A stretch of 63,004 bases of DNA, counting the filler, from Octopus bimaculoides (lineage: Eukaryota): NCBI RefSeq assembly GCF_001194135.2. It is 5 parts of 5 records of this genome, joined end to end, with 100 filler letters (N's around TTAATTAATTAA, not from the genome) between each part and the next. Parts side by side here need not be neighbours in the genome. Positions count along the whole stretch, not along the records: positions 44,138 to 56,818 come from NC_069001.1; positions 56,919 to 61,603 come from NC_068982.1; positions 61,704 to 63,004 come from NW_026332928.1; 2 more parts are not named here. One strand, given 5' to 3'. The position numbers and the translations under genes are program-made. The notes beneath the pieces are model-generated. The model saw only the letters and a program-made list of their open reading frames with translations, did no database searches and had not been told where the DNA came from. Shown piece after piece: positions 51,045 through 63,004 of the stretch (positions are counted from its first letter, which is position 1; every line of letters starts with the position of its first letter).

Positions 51045-51561
51045 ATCATATCCTATTATGTTGTATTGATGCTCAGCAGCACAATGGTTCTTCAGACTCA
51101 CAGACGTGAATATCAATGCAATATCAATCAAATCATCCATTCAGTCATGCCTGCTACATGTGCTCACGAGGAAGCTTACACATGGTTGCTTGATAAATCT
51201 TTTTCAAATCCCTACATGAAATGGAGTGGGGAAAATAATCAAGTCAAATAATGTAGCTCAAGATATTCGTTGTATTTGGGTTTACTAAACAGGTTGGTCA
51301 TGTTTGGAGTAGCTTTGATCATGAGTCTGATCTAGGCTTAAACAATAATGACGACAGTAACTACAACAAACATTCACTACGTTAAAAAAAAAAATACTGT
51401 AAAAGTAAGAAATAAAATATAAACAACACGATGATGATGATAATGATGATCCTTTCTATCATAAGCACAAAGTCTGAAATTACATTGACCCCCAGCACTC
51501 CACTGGTACTTATTTCATTGACCCCCCCCCCCCCCTGAAAGAATAAAATAATAATAATAAT

Positions 51562-51880
51562 AGCCATGTGTTGAGAGGAATTCTTTGGGGTTTGAATAGT
51601 TCACCTTTGGAAACATGAGTGTTTTGCTCAACCTCCTTAAACCTTATTCAGGGACCTTTTGAGTGGGATGGGCTACTCGACCTGAAGAAAATTCTAACTG
51701 GACCCCACCTGCGAGGTCATGCGCTGTTTATCTTGATATAAGATCACCATGTCGCGCACATGTGGTTGTGATGCATGTGCTTTGTGTTCCCCTATCAGAC
51801 GGTTAGTCACGATGGGTATAATGGGTTCCGTATATTTTACCCAAGTGTCACTTCGAGGGCATGCACTGCTCTCTCACTCA
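51562..51880 (+). mobile_element. 5'-truncated copy of the (TAA)n-flanked element
   Basis: Homologous to 14657-14980 and flanked by AATAATAATAAT on both sides. Confidence 0.88.
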
Positions 51881-51929
51881 ATAATAATAATCTAATTTTA
51901 GCACTAAACCAGTAGCGACACAAAAGTAT

Positions 51930-52320
51930 TAAGGGAAAACACAAAAGAAAAAAGGTGGGGATTTACACAAAAACATGTAAACAATAAAACAACAATTTGC
52001 AAAATGATCCTATCAAACAAAATCCCAATCAGGAGGAGATGCCACCCAGGAGCAACCAAGGGATCCCACAGATCCTAAACCACCCTACTCACTGAGAATT
52101 CCATGGCAAGTGTGACTCTCTCCTCCATACACCCCAACCTACAAGCACCAGCTTAGAGTAGGCCCACCTCATCACATTCACCCACCTTTCAACAAATTTA
52201 CTGGGGAGGAGGCAGCACATCCTTCTCAACCCTCATCTTCTTTTCAAATGGAATTTTAAAAAGTTGATGAAGCCCTAGGTATGAGGCCTGCAGCTTTGTT
52301 TGAGGAATGTTAGCCAGTTC
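51930..52320 (-). pseudogene. possible L1/Tx1-type LINE 3' end
   Basis: Across frames FINFLKFHLK / KMRVEKDVL / KFVERWVNV, then a GT-rich UTR-like stretch. The assignment is from recall only. Confidence 0.4.
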
Positions 52321-52765
52321 CATCACCACCCAGCATTTGTCTGGTACTTTTATTTTATCAACAAGTCCCCTCACTCTAAACAAAACAGTGTAAGGGCAAA
52401 GTTTACCTTGGTGGAATTTTAATGTAGCACATAAAAAGCCAAAAATGCCATGGTCGTGACGATGGTGATGATGAAATAAATAAATTCGAAATGACAAACT
52501 ACTTACCATAAGGAAAGAAACTGGATACCAGCCAAGCCCTTAAAGATTTGAAACCTAGAACTAGAAGGTGCCAACATCCACAGGCACCAGCCATTCTTGC
52601 AGAGGGTGGGGAGACGGAGAAAGAGGAGAGAAGACGAGGCTCAACAGTCAGAATTGGAAGAGAAAAAAATGATAGAGATAATGAAAGAATACTCCTTCAG
52701 ATGATCCAAAGCCGGAGTCATTTAACAACATGAACGAACTTAGAGAGACAGTAAAAGAGACCGAG

Positions 52766-52804
<39 letters not shown>

Positions 52805-53650
52805 TAAACAGAGAGTAGATTGAAGAGGGGGGAGAGGAAAGAGAGGAGGAGAGGCNNNNNNNNNNNNNNNNNNNNNNNNNNNNNNNNNNNNNNNNNNNNN
52901 NNNNNNNNNNNNNNNNNNNNNNNNNNNNNNNNNNNNNNNNNNNNNNNNNNNNNNNNNNNNNNNNNNNNNNNNNNNNNNNNNNNNNNNNNNNNNNNNNNNN
53001 NNNNNNNNNNNNNNNNNNNNNNNNNNNNNNNNNNNNNNNNNNNNNNNNNNNNNNNNNNNNNNNNNNNNNNNNNNNNNNNNNNNNNNNNNNNNNNNNNNNN
53101 NNNNNNNNNNNNNNNNNNNNNNNNNNNNNNNNNNNNNNNNNNNNNNNNNNNNNNNNNNNNNNNNNNNNNNNNNNNNNNNNNNNNNNNNNNNNNNNNNNNN
53201 NNNNNNNNNNNNNNNNNNNNNNNNNNNNNNNNNNNNNNNNNNNNNNNNNNNNNNNNNNNNNNNNNNNNNNNNNNNNNNNNNNNNNNNNNNNNNNNNNNNN
53301 NNNNNNNNNNNNNNNNNNNNNNNNNNNNNNNNNNNNNNNNNNNNNNNNNNNNNNNNNNNNNNNNNNNNNNNNNNNNNNNNNNNNNNNNNNNNNNNNNNNN
53401 NNNNNNNNNNNNNNNNNNNNNNNNNNNNNNNNNNNNNNNNNNNNNNNNNNNNNNNNNNNNNNNNNNNNNNNNNNNNNNNNNNNNNNNNNNNNNNNNNNNN
53501 NNAGAAAGGGAGAGAGAGAGGGAGAGAGGGAGAGAAAAAGGGAGAGAGAGAGAGAGAGAGGTCTCTCTGGGTGGGAAATATTTAAGTCTTCAACAAGGCA
53601 GAGATAATCATCATCACCACCAGGAGTAACGACAGTGATAGTAATAGTAT

Positions 53651-53682
<32 letters not shown>

Positions 53683-54347
53683 AAGCAATGCCACGTCACT
53701 GAAGACTGGGTCTTTGGATAGATAGGTTCACTTGTGCTGACTAACTACAGTGCTGATGCAAAAGTACATTCAGTTCCATCACCACTACCATTACCACCAC
53801 CACCATTGCTACCATCACTACTACTATAACCATCACCATCCCTACTGCCACCACCACCACCGCTACTACCACCACAATCATCATCTTCTACTCTGTCCAG
53901 GTCATACAAAAAACAATTAGCTTGAATATTTCTAATTAACTGATTTTAAGACATTTTGCAGCAACATCATCTAAATAAACACGTGTGCTGGGGACGTGTG
54001 TATGTGCATGTGTATGTGTGTGTGTGTGTGTGTGGCAGAGACTTATGTGTGTTTGTGTGTGTGTCTGTATGTATATATGTGTTTTTGCATGTATGCATGC
54101 ATATATGAGTGCGTGTATACACACAGAGCTGTTATGTATGTGTCTGTATTTTATGGTCAAAATGTGAAGAAGGTAACAATACAAGAAATATCAAATGACT
54201 TCAGGTGACCAGGTGAGAAATAAGGTAGAATGAGCAACCAACCAGCCAGCCAACCAACCAACCAGTCTTTTCTACAATGGTGAGTAGAAATCCTTGAGAT
54301 AAGTGATAAAACACAAATGCATTAATGCAGTTGGCTTATGTGTATAC

Positions 54348-54392
<45 letters not shown>

Positions 54393-54487
54393 TAGGTAGA
54401 TTTATTGGCTAAGCATGAGTACTGTAAGAAAATCACATCATACCGTAATCTGTGGATTTTTGGCATACTACAAGGTGACTATTTAAA

Positions 54488-54520
<33 letters not shown>

Positions 54521-54569
54521 GGTAATAATTCAGCTTTGCATGAAAAATGCATACACGTTGTACAACAAT

Positions 54570-54631
54570 TGCCTTAAGAGGGAATTTGGTCGACAGAAAC
54601 TGGATGGAAGCCTTGTGCTTGTGTGTGTATG

Positions 54632-54667
<36 letters not shown>

Positions 54668-54910
54668 GAGAGAGATAGAGAGAGGGGGGAGGCGTGTATT
54701 TGTGTCTGTGTGTGCTAGTGTCTGCATCTGCACCACCACCACCACCACTCGACAACCAGTGTTGGTTTGTTTACATCCCCACGACTTATCAGCACAGATC
54801 AGCATAAGTACCAGATGTAAAATTTAAGCGTTGGGGGTCTATTTGTTTCACTAAAGCCCTGTAAGGCCGAGCCCCAGCATGGTCACAGTCCAATGACTGA
54901 AACAAGTAAT
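54570..54910 (+). mobile_element. diverged SINE family A with internal (CATA)n
   Basis: GAATTTGGTCGACAGAAACTG..GACAACCAGTGTTGG..CCCCAGCATGGTCACAGTC. Confidence 0.8.
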
Positions 54911-54989
54911 GGCACGAGAAACAAACATTAAATGACTATACGCACACACACAGCATTATAAACACATACAGCATCTATTTGGCCACTTG

Positions 54990-55195
54990 ATTTGCTAGAA
55001 ATAGCAGCAAAATAGCTCTCTCTCAGATCATAAACCCTACCAGTTTTTAAAAAGGAAGAAGCTTGGGGATAGAAACATTGTATAATACTGTCTAAGATAA
55101 ACTTTGCCTGGTGAGATGGGATGGTCAAGGCGAGACTGTCTTTGAGCATAGACAAGCGGGATTAAAGCTGACTTAGAGTTAAACAACAATAATGC
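54990..55195 (+). mobile_element. SINE family D
   Basis: GCTAGAAATAGCAGC 5' part joined to the GGGATGGTC..GAGTTAAACAACAAT tail, linking both halves of the family. Confidence 0.65.
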
Positions 55196-55511
55196 AAGTG
55201 ATACACAACAGGCCCATATAAACACATCACAGACGTGACAAAGACATGGAGACAAGACACACACGTGCACACAAACACAGGAAGCAAACACACACACAGG
55301 ATGAGGCATAAAAACCTTCTCATATTTTAAAACAGTCACTGGTGAGGCACCAGTAAAATTAGGGAGGTGGTAAATGGTACCATCATATAGCTACCGTTTT
55401 ACCATTTTTTGTGCAGTTGCCGTCATGGTTTGGAACAATGCACATTGTGCATTTACTGTTGAAATGTTTATCGAGAATCATGAATGAAAGGTTGTTTTTT
55501 TTTTTCAATAT

Positions 55512-55615
<104 letters not shown>

Positions 55616-56149
55616 TATTTGTAGGTAATAACCTCAAATAATACCTGAAACACATTCATAAAAATAAATTAGTTTTAAAACATTCACTAGAATCAGTTAC
55701 TGTTACGCAGCTAATTGGTGTGTTAATTAGCAGAAGGTGTCTTTTGTGCTGATATTCTAATAAACAGCTAGACTATCGCATCGATAAAGAAGAGCACCTG
55801 GCCAGGCATCGATTTACCGACCTAGCATCGCCACGGTGACACACAACCATACAGCTACTCAGCTATTATGGCACTGGCAAGTGCAAGAGACATGGTGCTG
55901 GCCGGCTGGATGGTTGGCTACATGGTTTGTAGGCCGGTCGGTCGGTTGTCTTGTCAATGTTTAGAGAAAGAGAGAGGTTGGGCAGATATGGCCTTCAAAT
56001 CAGAAGGTGGCAGTGGTGGTGGGTTTGGTGCTGGTGGAGGGTAATGGAATCTTCATGGTGATGGTGGTGGTGCTGCTGCTAGATAGTAGTAGTTGTGGTG
56101 GTGGTGATGGTGGTGGTGGCACTGGTTGCGGTGGTGATGCTATTTAACC

Positions 56150-56400
56150 AGATGTCACTCCTGAACAAACAGATCTGTGATCAAAGCCATTTCAGTTATG
56201 TCCATGGCATTTTGGATTTTATCATTGTGCACGTGTCCGTGTGTCCTTGTGTGTATGTGCTTCTTCCCCCACCACCTCCAGACAAAGTAGACCTAGAACT
56301 TCCTCTTCTCTTTTTGCTCCTTATAAAGACAGAAGGATACGATATGATTCGAGGAAGTATTGGCTGCCATTTCTAGCAGATCAGGCAGATCCCTTTATTT
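56150..56400 (-). mobile_element. diverged SINE family D
   Basis: TGTGATCAAAGCCATT tail and TGGCTGCCATTTCTAGCAG. Confidence 0.5.
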
Positions 56401-56675
56401 CATTTTTAAAAACTAGAGTGTGATTTCAGCAAGATTTGGGTGCTATTTCTAGTGGGGGTCAAGTGTCATGCAATGATATGTCTGACTGTGATTTTGGTAT
56501 TTAGTCATAGACCAGCCTTGACTGAGGAATCCTGCAATTGAAGGCAGCGATCTAAGACACAGATAAATATCTGAGCCCCCCCCCATACCACAAAAATGTT
56601 TTGCCCCACCACACACACACACTTTAATAATTCTTTCTAAATTAAGCACAAAGAACTGCACATGCACATGCATCA

Positions 56676-56818
56676 GCCTGCACCCTCCCGCCTCATAGCT
56701 ATCCACTGCATGCGCTAGTACGGATATGTCCTCTGTCTCCCGCTAGGTCATTCTACCAGGGCTTTACTCTCCTCCGATGCAGCAGCTGGGGGCTGGAAGA
56801 GGCCTTGTGGCAGGCCCT
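56676..56818 (+). pseudogene. RTE-clade LINE C-terminal remnant
   Basis: QPAPSRLIAIHCMR*YGYVLCLPLGHSTRALLSSDAAAGGWKRPCGRP matches the RTE pattern RW(Y/F)GHV.R..WKRP.GRP. Confidence 0.75.
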
Positions 56819-58647
56819 NNNNNNNNNNNNNNNNNNNNNNNNNNNNNNNNNNNNNNNNNNNNTTAATTAATTAANNNNNNNNNNNNNNNNNNNNNNNNNN
56901 NNNNNNNNNNNNNNNNNNTACGTAAACAAGCTACCAACAGCAACCAAACAGCGCCCGCACAGGTTCACTCAATACTGTTGTGAAATATCTTCACCTAGGT
57001 TAACAGAACTCAACCTGCGAAGACCATCTGTATCAAGTAGCCCGGCTCGGCATAGAAGCCTCAACTGCACGACAAGTGACTTAGTCCTGCCTCAACGCCT
57101 CAACCTCTTATATACAGACTTTCAATCTATTGTGTACCTTAACTGCGAACTGGTATTTCTTATCCTGGTGTCTGGACTTCTAACGTCCTTACTATAGACT
57201 GTTTCCTATGCTCTGTATCTCTTGCATTCACATACATATATTTGTATATATACACTCTTTTGTTTACATGACGGCCTGTCTTATATTGTGTTTTATTATG
57301 TCGCATTCACACTCACACAGACATTCTAGTTGACAACCAATAAACCTTACTGTTATACATCTTTATCGGTTGAGTCTCTATCTTTTCCTTACTGGCAAAA
57401 TTCCTCGCATTTCACATGCGAATTCTCTATGTTATAGTATTATAATATATCATATTTTGTGTTGACCGTGCGACGCGTTAAAAGGAGCCTGTTCCATTCG
57501 TCACCATTCTCCTTTGGTTCGCACGGTCGTTTCCCTACATATACGTATATATATATATATATATATATATATATNNNNNNNNNNNNNNNNNNNNNNNNNN
57601 NNNNNNNNNNNNNNNNNNNNNNNNNNNNNNNNNNNNNNNNNNNNNNNNNNNNNNNNNNNNNNNNNNNNNNNNNNNNNNNNNNNNNNNNNNNNNNNNNNNN
57701 NNNNNNNNNNNNNNNNNNNNNNNNNNNNNNNNNNNNNNNNNNNNNNNNNNNNNNNNNNNNNNNNNNNNNNNNNNNNNNNNNNNNNNNNNNNNNNNNNNNN
57801 NNNNNNNNNNNNNNNNNNNNNNNNNNNNNNNNNNNNNNNNNNNNNNNNNNNNNNNNNNNNNNNNNNNNNNNNNNNNNNNNNNNNNNNNNNNNNNNNNNNN
57901 NNNNNNNNNNNNNNNNNNNNNNNNNNNNNNNNNNNNNNNNNNNNNNNNNNNNNNNNNNNNNNNNNNNNNNNNNNNNNNNNNNNNNNNNNNNNNNNNNNNN
58001 NNNNNNNNNNNNNNNNNNNNNNNNNNNNNNNNNNNNNNNNNNNNNNNNNNNNNNNNNNNNNNNNNNNNNNNNNNNNNNNNNNNNNNNNNNNNNNNNNNNN
58101 NNNNNNNNNNNNNNNNNNNNNNNNNNNNNNNNNNNNNNNNNNNNNNNNNNNNNNNNNNNNNNNNNNNNNNNNNNNNNNNNNNNNNNNNNNNNNNNNNNNN
58201 NNNNNNNNNNNNNNNNNNNNNNNNNNNNNNNNNNNNNNNNNNNNNNNNNNNNNNNNNNNNNNNNNNNNNNNNNNNNNNNNNNNNNNNNNNNNNNNNNNNN
58301 NNNNNNNNNNNNNNNNNNNNNNNNNNNNNNNNNNNNNNNNNNNNNNNNNNNNNNNNNNNNNNNNNNNNNNNNNNNNNNNNNNNNNNNNNNNNNNNNNNNN
58401 NNNNNNNNNNNNNNNNNNNNNNNNNNNNNNNNNNNNNNNNNNNNNNNNNNNNNNNNNNNNNNNNNNNNATATATATATATATAAAGTAGTTGTATACTGC
58501 CAACTTAACGTGACAGTCCCAATAAGGGAATATACTACTGCTATTTAGCCCTAGGAAGCTGAACCGCTTCCTGTCGGCCTTGACACATTTCCTGTGTCCT
58601 TATCTTTGCGAGGGGGAGACAAACTCCTCTACCCAGCCTAACCTGCA

Positions 58648-58690
58648 TTCAGGGACATGTTTCTGAGTCCTTGCTCGTCATCAGTCTGAA
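58648..58690 (-). ncRNA. minimal type I hammerhead ribozyme motif with intact core
   Basis: UUCAG-A-CUGAUGA-CGAG(CAAGGA)CUCA-GAAA-CAUGU-C-C-CUGAA. It has the full core, the palindromic helix III ACAUGU and a GUC site, with A.C mismatches closing stems I and II. Confidence 0.75.
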
Positions 58691-59938
58691 GTAGCACGAC
58701 CAGCTGGTTGAAAAAGTTTGTCAAACTCTCGCAAACATGTATTATTTCAGTGAAACACATTCATGACATGTATCTAAAATGAATGTGTGTGTGCCTGTTG
58801 TATGAATTTATTATTGAATACGGTAGCTTGTTTCTTCTGTGTCTGCCTGTCTTTCTCGGTCAAGCTGTGTTGTGTTACTCGTAACAAGGAATTGGACCAT
58901 TGGACCATGTGTGCGAACCGATGTTTGTAGTAACGGGAGTGTTGCTAGCAGAGGTGATTGTGACAATGGTCGTGGGGGGTCGAGCAGCGTGATAACCACA
59001 ACGTAATCTTGTCAAATTTGTATCACATACACACACACGTACAAAAGCCATATAAATACACACACACATATACATATGTATAACGATGATGATGATATAT
59101 ACGTTCATACATACATACATACATACATACATACATACATACATACATACATACACCTTTATACTTCTCTGTGTGTGTGTGTGTGTGTGNNNNNNNNNNN
59201 NNNNNNNNNNNNNNNNNNNNNNNNNNNNNNNNNNNNNNNNNNNNNNNNNNNNNNNNNNNNNNNNNNNNNNNNNNNNNNNNNNNNNNNNNNNNNNNNNNNN
59301 NNNNNNNNNNNNNNNNNNNNNNNNNNNNNNNNNNNNNNNNNNNNNNNNNNNNNNNNNNNNNNNNNNNNNNNNNNNNNNNNNNNNNNNNNNNNNNNNNNNN
59401 NNNNNNNNNNNNNNNNNNNNNNNNNNNNNNNNNNNNNNNNNNNNNNNNNNNNNNNNNNNNNNNNNNNNNNNNNNNNNNNNNNNNNNNNNNNNNNNNNNNN
59501 NNNNNNNNNNNNNNNNNNNNNNNNNNNNNNNNNNNNNNNNNNNNNNNNNNNNNNNNNNNNNNNNNNNNNNNNNNNNNNNNNNNNNNNNNNNNNNNNNNNN
59601 NNNNNNNNNNNNNNNNNNNNNNNNNNNNNNNNNNNNNNNNNNNNNNNNNNNNNNNNNNNNNNNNNNNNNNNNNNNNNNNNNNNNNNNNNNNNNNNNNNNN
59701 NNNNNNNNNNNNNNNNNNNNNNNNNNNNNNNNNNNNNNNNNNNNNNNNNNNNNNNNNNNNNNNNNNNNNNNNNNNNNNNNNNNNNNNNNNNNNNNNNNNN
59801 NNNNNNNNNNNNNNNNNNNNNNNNNNNNNNNNNNNNNNNNNNNNNNNNNNNNNNNNNNNNNNNNNNNNNNNNNNNNNNNNNNNNNNNNNNNNNNNNNNNN
59901 NNNNNNNNNNNNNNNNNNNNNNNNNNNNNNNNNNNNNN

Positions 59939-60130
59939 GTTCCTCCCACCATCGCTTGACAACCGATATTGGTGTGTTTACGTCCCCGTAACTTAGCGGT
60001 TCGGCAAAACAGTCCGATAGAATAAGTACTAGACTTACAAAGAATAAGTCCTGGGGTCGATTTGTTCGGCTAAATGTGGTGCTCCAGCATGGCCGCAGTC
60101 AAATGACTGAAACAAATAAAAGAATAAAAG
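59939..60130 (+). mobile_element. SINE family A 3' half
   Basis: Near-consensus tail. Confidence 0.92.
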
Positions 60131-60307
60131 AATATATATATATAAGAAGAAAAGAAGATGGATACTTGGAAGTTAATTGTTTATTATTAACAGCAAATTG
60201 GTCATCTTCACTTACAGCCGTTCCAATTAATGCTCAACATGAAATTTACATTAATGTGAAATGAGCATAAGATCATTCCTTGGATGAAACCATACCTATA
60301 TATATAC

Positions 60308-60352
<45 letters not shown>

Positions 60353-61173
60353 TATTATACATATTTCGACAGCGTGAGTTCTTGGATCTTCAGAACTTTC
60401 CGATTAGGGAGCCAGATGTCGTCATTTCGTTTTCTCCTCCATTGTACAGTTACACCAAAAACAATGTTACCCTTTGTGGTCTACTCATATCAAACAAATG
60501 CATTGCGAGAATTGAAACACATAGGGAACAATTACTTAAAAAAATAAATAGCATGATTGATCTCGATTATTAGTATTGCCTTCAAACTTTAAAATTTTAT
60601 TCTCTCCAACGCCATCGCGGGCGCTACATCATTTGCACAATGTGAAGAATATACCACCAGCAATGCCCAAACAATTTTAACATCAAATTCAGAATTCATT
60701 CAAGGCTGGGGACCCACGCATATGCCTCGTACACAATTTATGCTCACAGCACATAACCACATTGCAATGCAATTGCTGCTCTATTTAACATTATTCCAAA
60801 CATAATAAAGACAAAGATGCCATCACCATCAAACGATATCAGGAAAAAAGTTTCTCCAAGGAAAAGAGACAAGTCACTTATATCTGGATACATCACAGTC
60901 GACAACAAGCCTCCGCTTAAATAGGTCAGGACACCGCAAAACTTGATTTTAGAATGACAAATTTTATCAGATAATGTTATTAAGTTAGACATGGCCTGGG
61001 CAAGTTTTGGCCAAAACGTATCTAAGTTTATCTAAGTTGGTAAGAACGCACACATACACACACACGAGAGCTGACAAGATTAGACAATTACTTAACACCC
61101 TTTGTTTATTTTGTGCTCCACGTATTAATAGTTAGACTCACAAAGCCTACGTGTGTTTAACTGCCTTTTACTG

Positions 61174-61222
<49 letters not shown>

Positions 61223-61374
61223 GTTATATTTGGGGACGGTCACTTTGACAATAAACACCTCTCCTGTTTAGATAATTTTCACTTTAGCTTTATTACTAAC
61301 GTTATTAGTTTATCTGTCAGAGTTGTTTCGTCATACATTCTGTGATCTTTTCAATGACTATCTTTTCTTTTCAA

Positions 61375-61417
61375 ATATAATAATAATGATGATGATGATG
61401 ATGATGATGATGATAAT

Positions 61418-61496
<79 letters not shown>

Positions 61497-61517
61497 TAAT
61501 AATAATAATAATAATAA
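61375..61517. repeat. compound (AAT)(GAT)(AAC)(AAT) microsatellite
   Basis: Directly visible. Confidence 0.95.
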
Positions 61518-62524
61518 CTGTAGAATATAAAGCAAGACATGACAGTGTTGGCCAGTATTTACACTGGACAATATGTCAGCATTATAAAATCAAAACCGCT
61601 GACNNNNNNNNNNNNNNNNNNNNNNNNNNNNNNNNNNNNNNNNNNNNTTAATTAATTAANNNNNNNNNNNNNNNNNNNNNNNNNNNNNNNNNNNNNNNNN
61701 NNNTAATTCCTAATAACCAATAAAATCCATAAAACTACACAAGTAAACATTTTTCCCCCTAATAAAATCTAATTTCCTCTCTCTAATACAAATCCTTTCA
61801 ACTCCTACTTTCTCTTATGAACCTTTAGCTGAATAATATTTTTAAGGCCACAATTTACTCACATGCATCTTTCAGAGCTTGTCACTAATTCAGTTCTTAA
61901 CCAAATTAAAAACTTAACATTTTTGAAGAAGACTGGTCCCTAGCTACATTTTAGCATTAAAAAAATTGAGATTTGATCCAGTAGAAAAAAGTTTACATCA
62001 AAATTTGTAGCAGTGTTATAGGAGAGTAAGTAACACCACCAATCAAATTTAGATCTAAATAATTTTTTTACTTTATAAGCAAAGTATATTTATCTTAGCT
62101 TTAATGATAGAAGAAAGCATGAAGAATTTCATAGTTTTGGTCCCATGCAACAAAAATTTGTATCATAAAAATTGTGATGTAATATGTCATGAAAAGAAAT
62201 ATAAGTAGGGCAAAAAATTGGATTTAAGTATAATTAACTTTTTTATTTTAAAAACAAAGGGGTAGAGGGGGAGTAAGGGATAAAGAAAAATATTAAGGTG
62301 GAAAATATGTGTGAGTTTGTGTGTATATGTGTGTTTATGTAAGTATGTATGTGAGTGTCCACACATACACTATAATAGTAATGTAGGCTGTTTACTTTAT
62401 TCATGTTACTTGTAAATATATTTATTTGTAAAATATTTTGGATAAAACATAAAGTAAAAGTTTCTGAGTAAAGTAAGAGTGTTGCGTTATTTTTATTAAA
62501 TTTTCAAATAATAAAAATAAAATA

Positions 62525-62625
62525 ATCTATTCTACTATAGGCACAAGGCCTGGAATTTTGGAGGAGAGGGGCATAGGCGAATACATCAACCCCTATGCTA
62601 GACTGGTACTTTGTTATTGACTCCT
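62525..62625 (-). mobile_element. SINE family B tail
   Basis: TTCTACTATAGGCACAAGGCCTGGAATTTTGG..CTGGTAC. Confidence 0.75.
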
Positions 62626-62878
62626 ATCACATCTCAGTGTACTCTGGTAAATCCGACAGACTATATATAAAAGGACTTTCAAGTGTTCAACCATATTATT
62701 TTGAATATGCTTGGAGATTTATCAGTGGGAGATCTCCCACATGTTTTTACATGTATGTTTATTTCTATTATGAATGCATTCCACTTATACTGCTCTTAAT
62801 ATTAATATTAAATATTTATAGCCATAAAATGTATTTCCTATCTTGTGATGAAACATGTGTAACACATGTAACACAGAA

Positions 62879-62925
62879 TTAACCCTTTAGTATTCAAACC
62901 AGCTATATCTGGCCCAAATATTCTG
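62879..62925. mobile_element. possible piggyBac-like MITE left end
   Basis: TTAA-CCCTTTAG terminus. No right end is visible. Confidence 0.35.
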
Positions 62926-62980
62926 TGGTGCGATGGAGGAAGAAGACAACAAGCAGCAAAAGGACAGAATGAAGCGTTGG

Positions 62981-63004
62981 ACCTTACCTTGCCGACCGCA
63001 GCGG
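62981..63004 (-). other. candidate exon end and 5' splice donor of a gene extending beyond the window
   Basis: The minus strand reads GC-rich CCGCTGCGGTCGGCAAG|GTAAGGT. The exon would end at 62988. Confidence 0.4.

Noticed and set aside
55766-55835. Peptide LDYRIDKEEHLARHRFTDLASP as a possible exon
   Set aside because: Weak splice sites and no recognisable homology.
56748-56818. Apparent acceptor CTCTGTCTCCCGCTAG and host exon
   Set aside because: Better explained as RTE LINE C-terminal coding sequence.
60590-60992. Complex sequence with an 82-aa minus ORF
   Set aside because: No frame gave a recognisable protein.

Overview
This window is gappy, microsatellite-rich, AT-rich eukaryotic non-coding DNA. 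The repeat families, synthetic TTAATTAATTAA gap spacers and overall style suggest an octopus (coleoid cephalopod) draft genome; this is an inference from recognition, not a database result. I found no confident host protein-coding gene. Nearly all ORFs in the track are microsatellite or N-gap artefacts, and a strong minus-strand splice donor at the far right suggests the window may be one very large intron. Recognisable content is a transposon graveyard. It includes at least four SINE families (working labels A-D) and LINE remnants of CR1/L2-type RT, RTE, Dong/R4 and possibly Tx1/L1. It also includes a decayed Helitron Rep-helicase, a maT-like transposase, mariner, hAT, piggyBac-like and Tigger-like MITEs, and a decayed TTAGGG-like tract. 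The most interesting signal is a set of minimal type I hammerhead ribozyme motifs in unrelated short elements. Three are clear and three are decayed, and each lies about 80-170 nt upstream of a (TA)n or (CT)n tract. One has a compensatory U3-A8 core. Second is a (TAA)n 'landing pad' holding two tandem Dong/R4 3' ends plus a non-coding (TAA)n-flanked element that recurs 37 kb away. Coordinates were read by eye and are approximate.
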